DNA of 64,000 nucleotides from Theionarchaea archaeon (GTDB lineage Archaea; Methanobacteriota_B; Thermococci; Methanofastidiosales; SZ-28-30): NCBI GenBank assembly GCA_018992685.1, contig JACVGT010000003.1, positions 32,001 to 96,000 of the forward strand, read 5' to 3'. Shown piece by piece: positions 63,909 to 64,000 of this stretch (position 1 is its first letter; each line of letters starts with the position of its first letter). The notes under the pieces were generated by a model. It saw only the letters and a program-made list of their open reading frames with translations, ran no database searches and was not told where the DNA came from. The position numbers and the translations under genes were made by a program.

Positions 63909-64000
63909 TGCTTGATATCAATTTGATAAGGGAATCACCGGAAATAGTGAAAGAATCCATGAGAAGACGTCAAATGGATACCGCTGTGGTAGATGAGGTT
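63908..64000 (+). CDS. serS: seryl-tRNA synthetase (5' part, truncated by window)
   Basis: MLDINLIRESPEIVKESMRRR; GGAGG RBS; typical neighbourhood. Confidence 0.85.
   Translation, partial: MLDINLIRESPEIVKESMRRRQMDTAVVDEV

Overview
Archaeal (euryarchaeal-type) chromosomal segment: BRE/TATA promoters, GGAGGTG RBS, rps3ae, rps15, CDC48, DUF835 proteins and bacterial-type gyrB. The gene style recalls Theionarchaea/Thermococci relatives (inference, unverified). From left to right: (1) tRNA-Thr(CGT) and an AT-richer accessory patch (~0.1-8.4 kb) with a tyrosine-integrase remnant and unannotated small ORFs; (2) a roadblock plus GAF/PAS/DUF835 sensor and a C25 peptidase; (3) a glycosylation cluster with an inserted vapBC; (4) secreted S41 and Ntn peptidases, redox genes, ubiX, htpX and hsp20-cdc48; (5) a GH3 amido-synthetase plus TsrM-like B12 radical-SAM operon; (6) gyrB, rps3ae, add, rdgB, rps15, a DHH-Pcc1 fusion and the start of serS. 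Best candidates for new biology are the GH3/TsrM-like operon with a switch-like structured 5' leader, two further promoter-bearing structured RNAs (15627-15790 and 38991-39091), and RBS-preceded short peptide genes (8241-8336 and 48047-48181). All product calls come from motif recognition by eye and all RNA folds were worked out by hand; no searches or folding programs were run.
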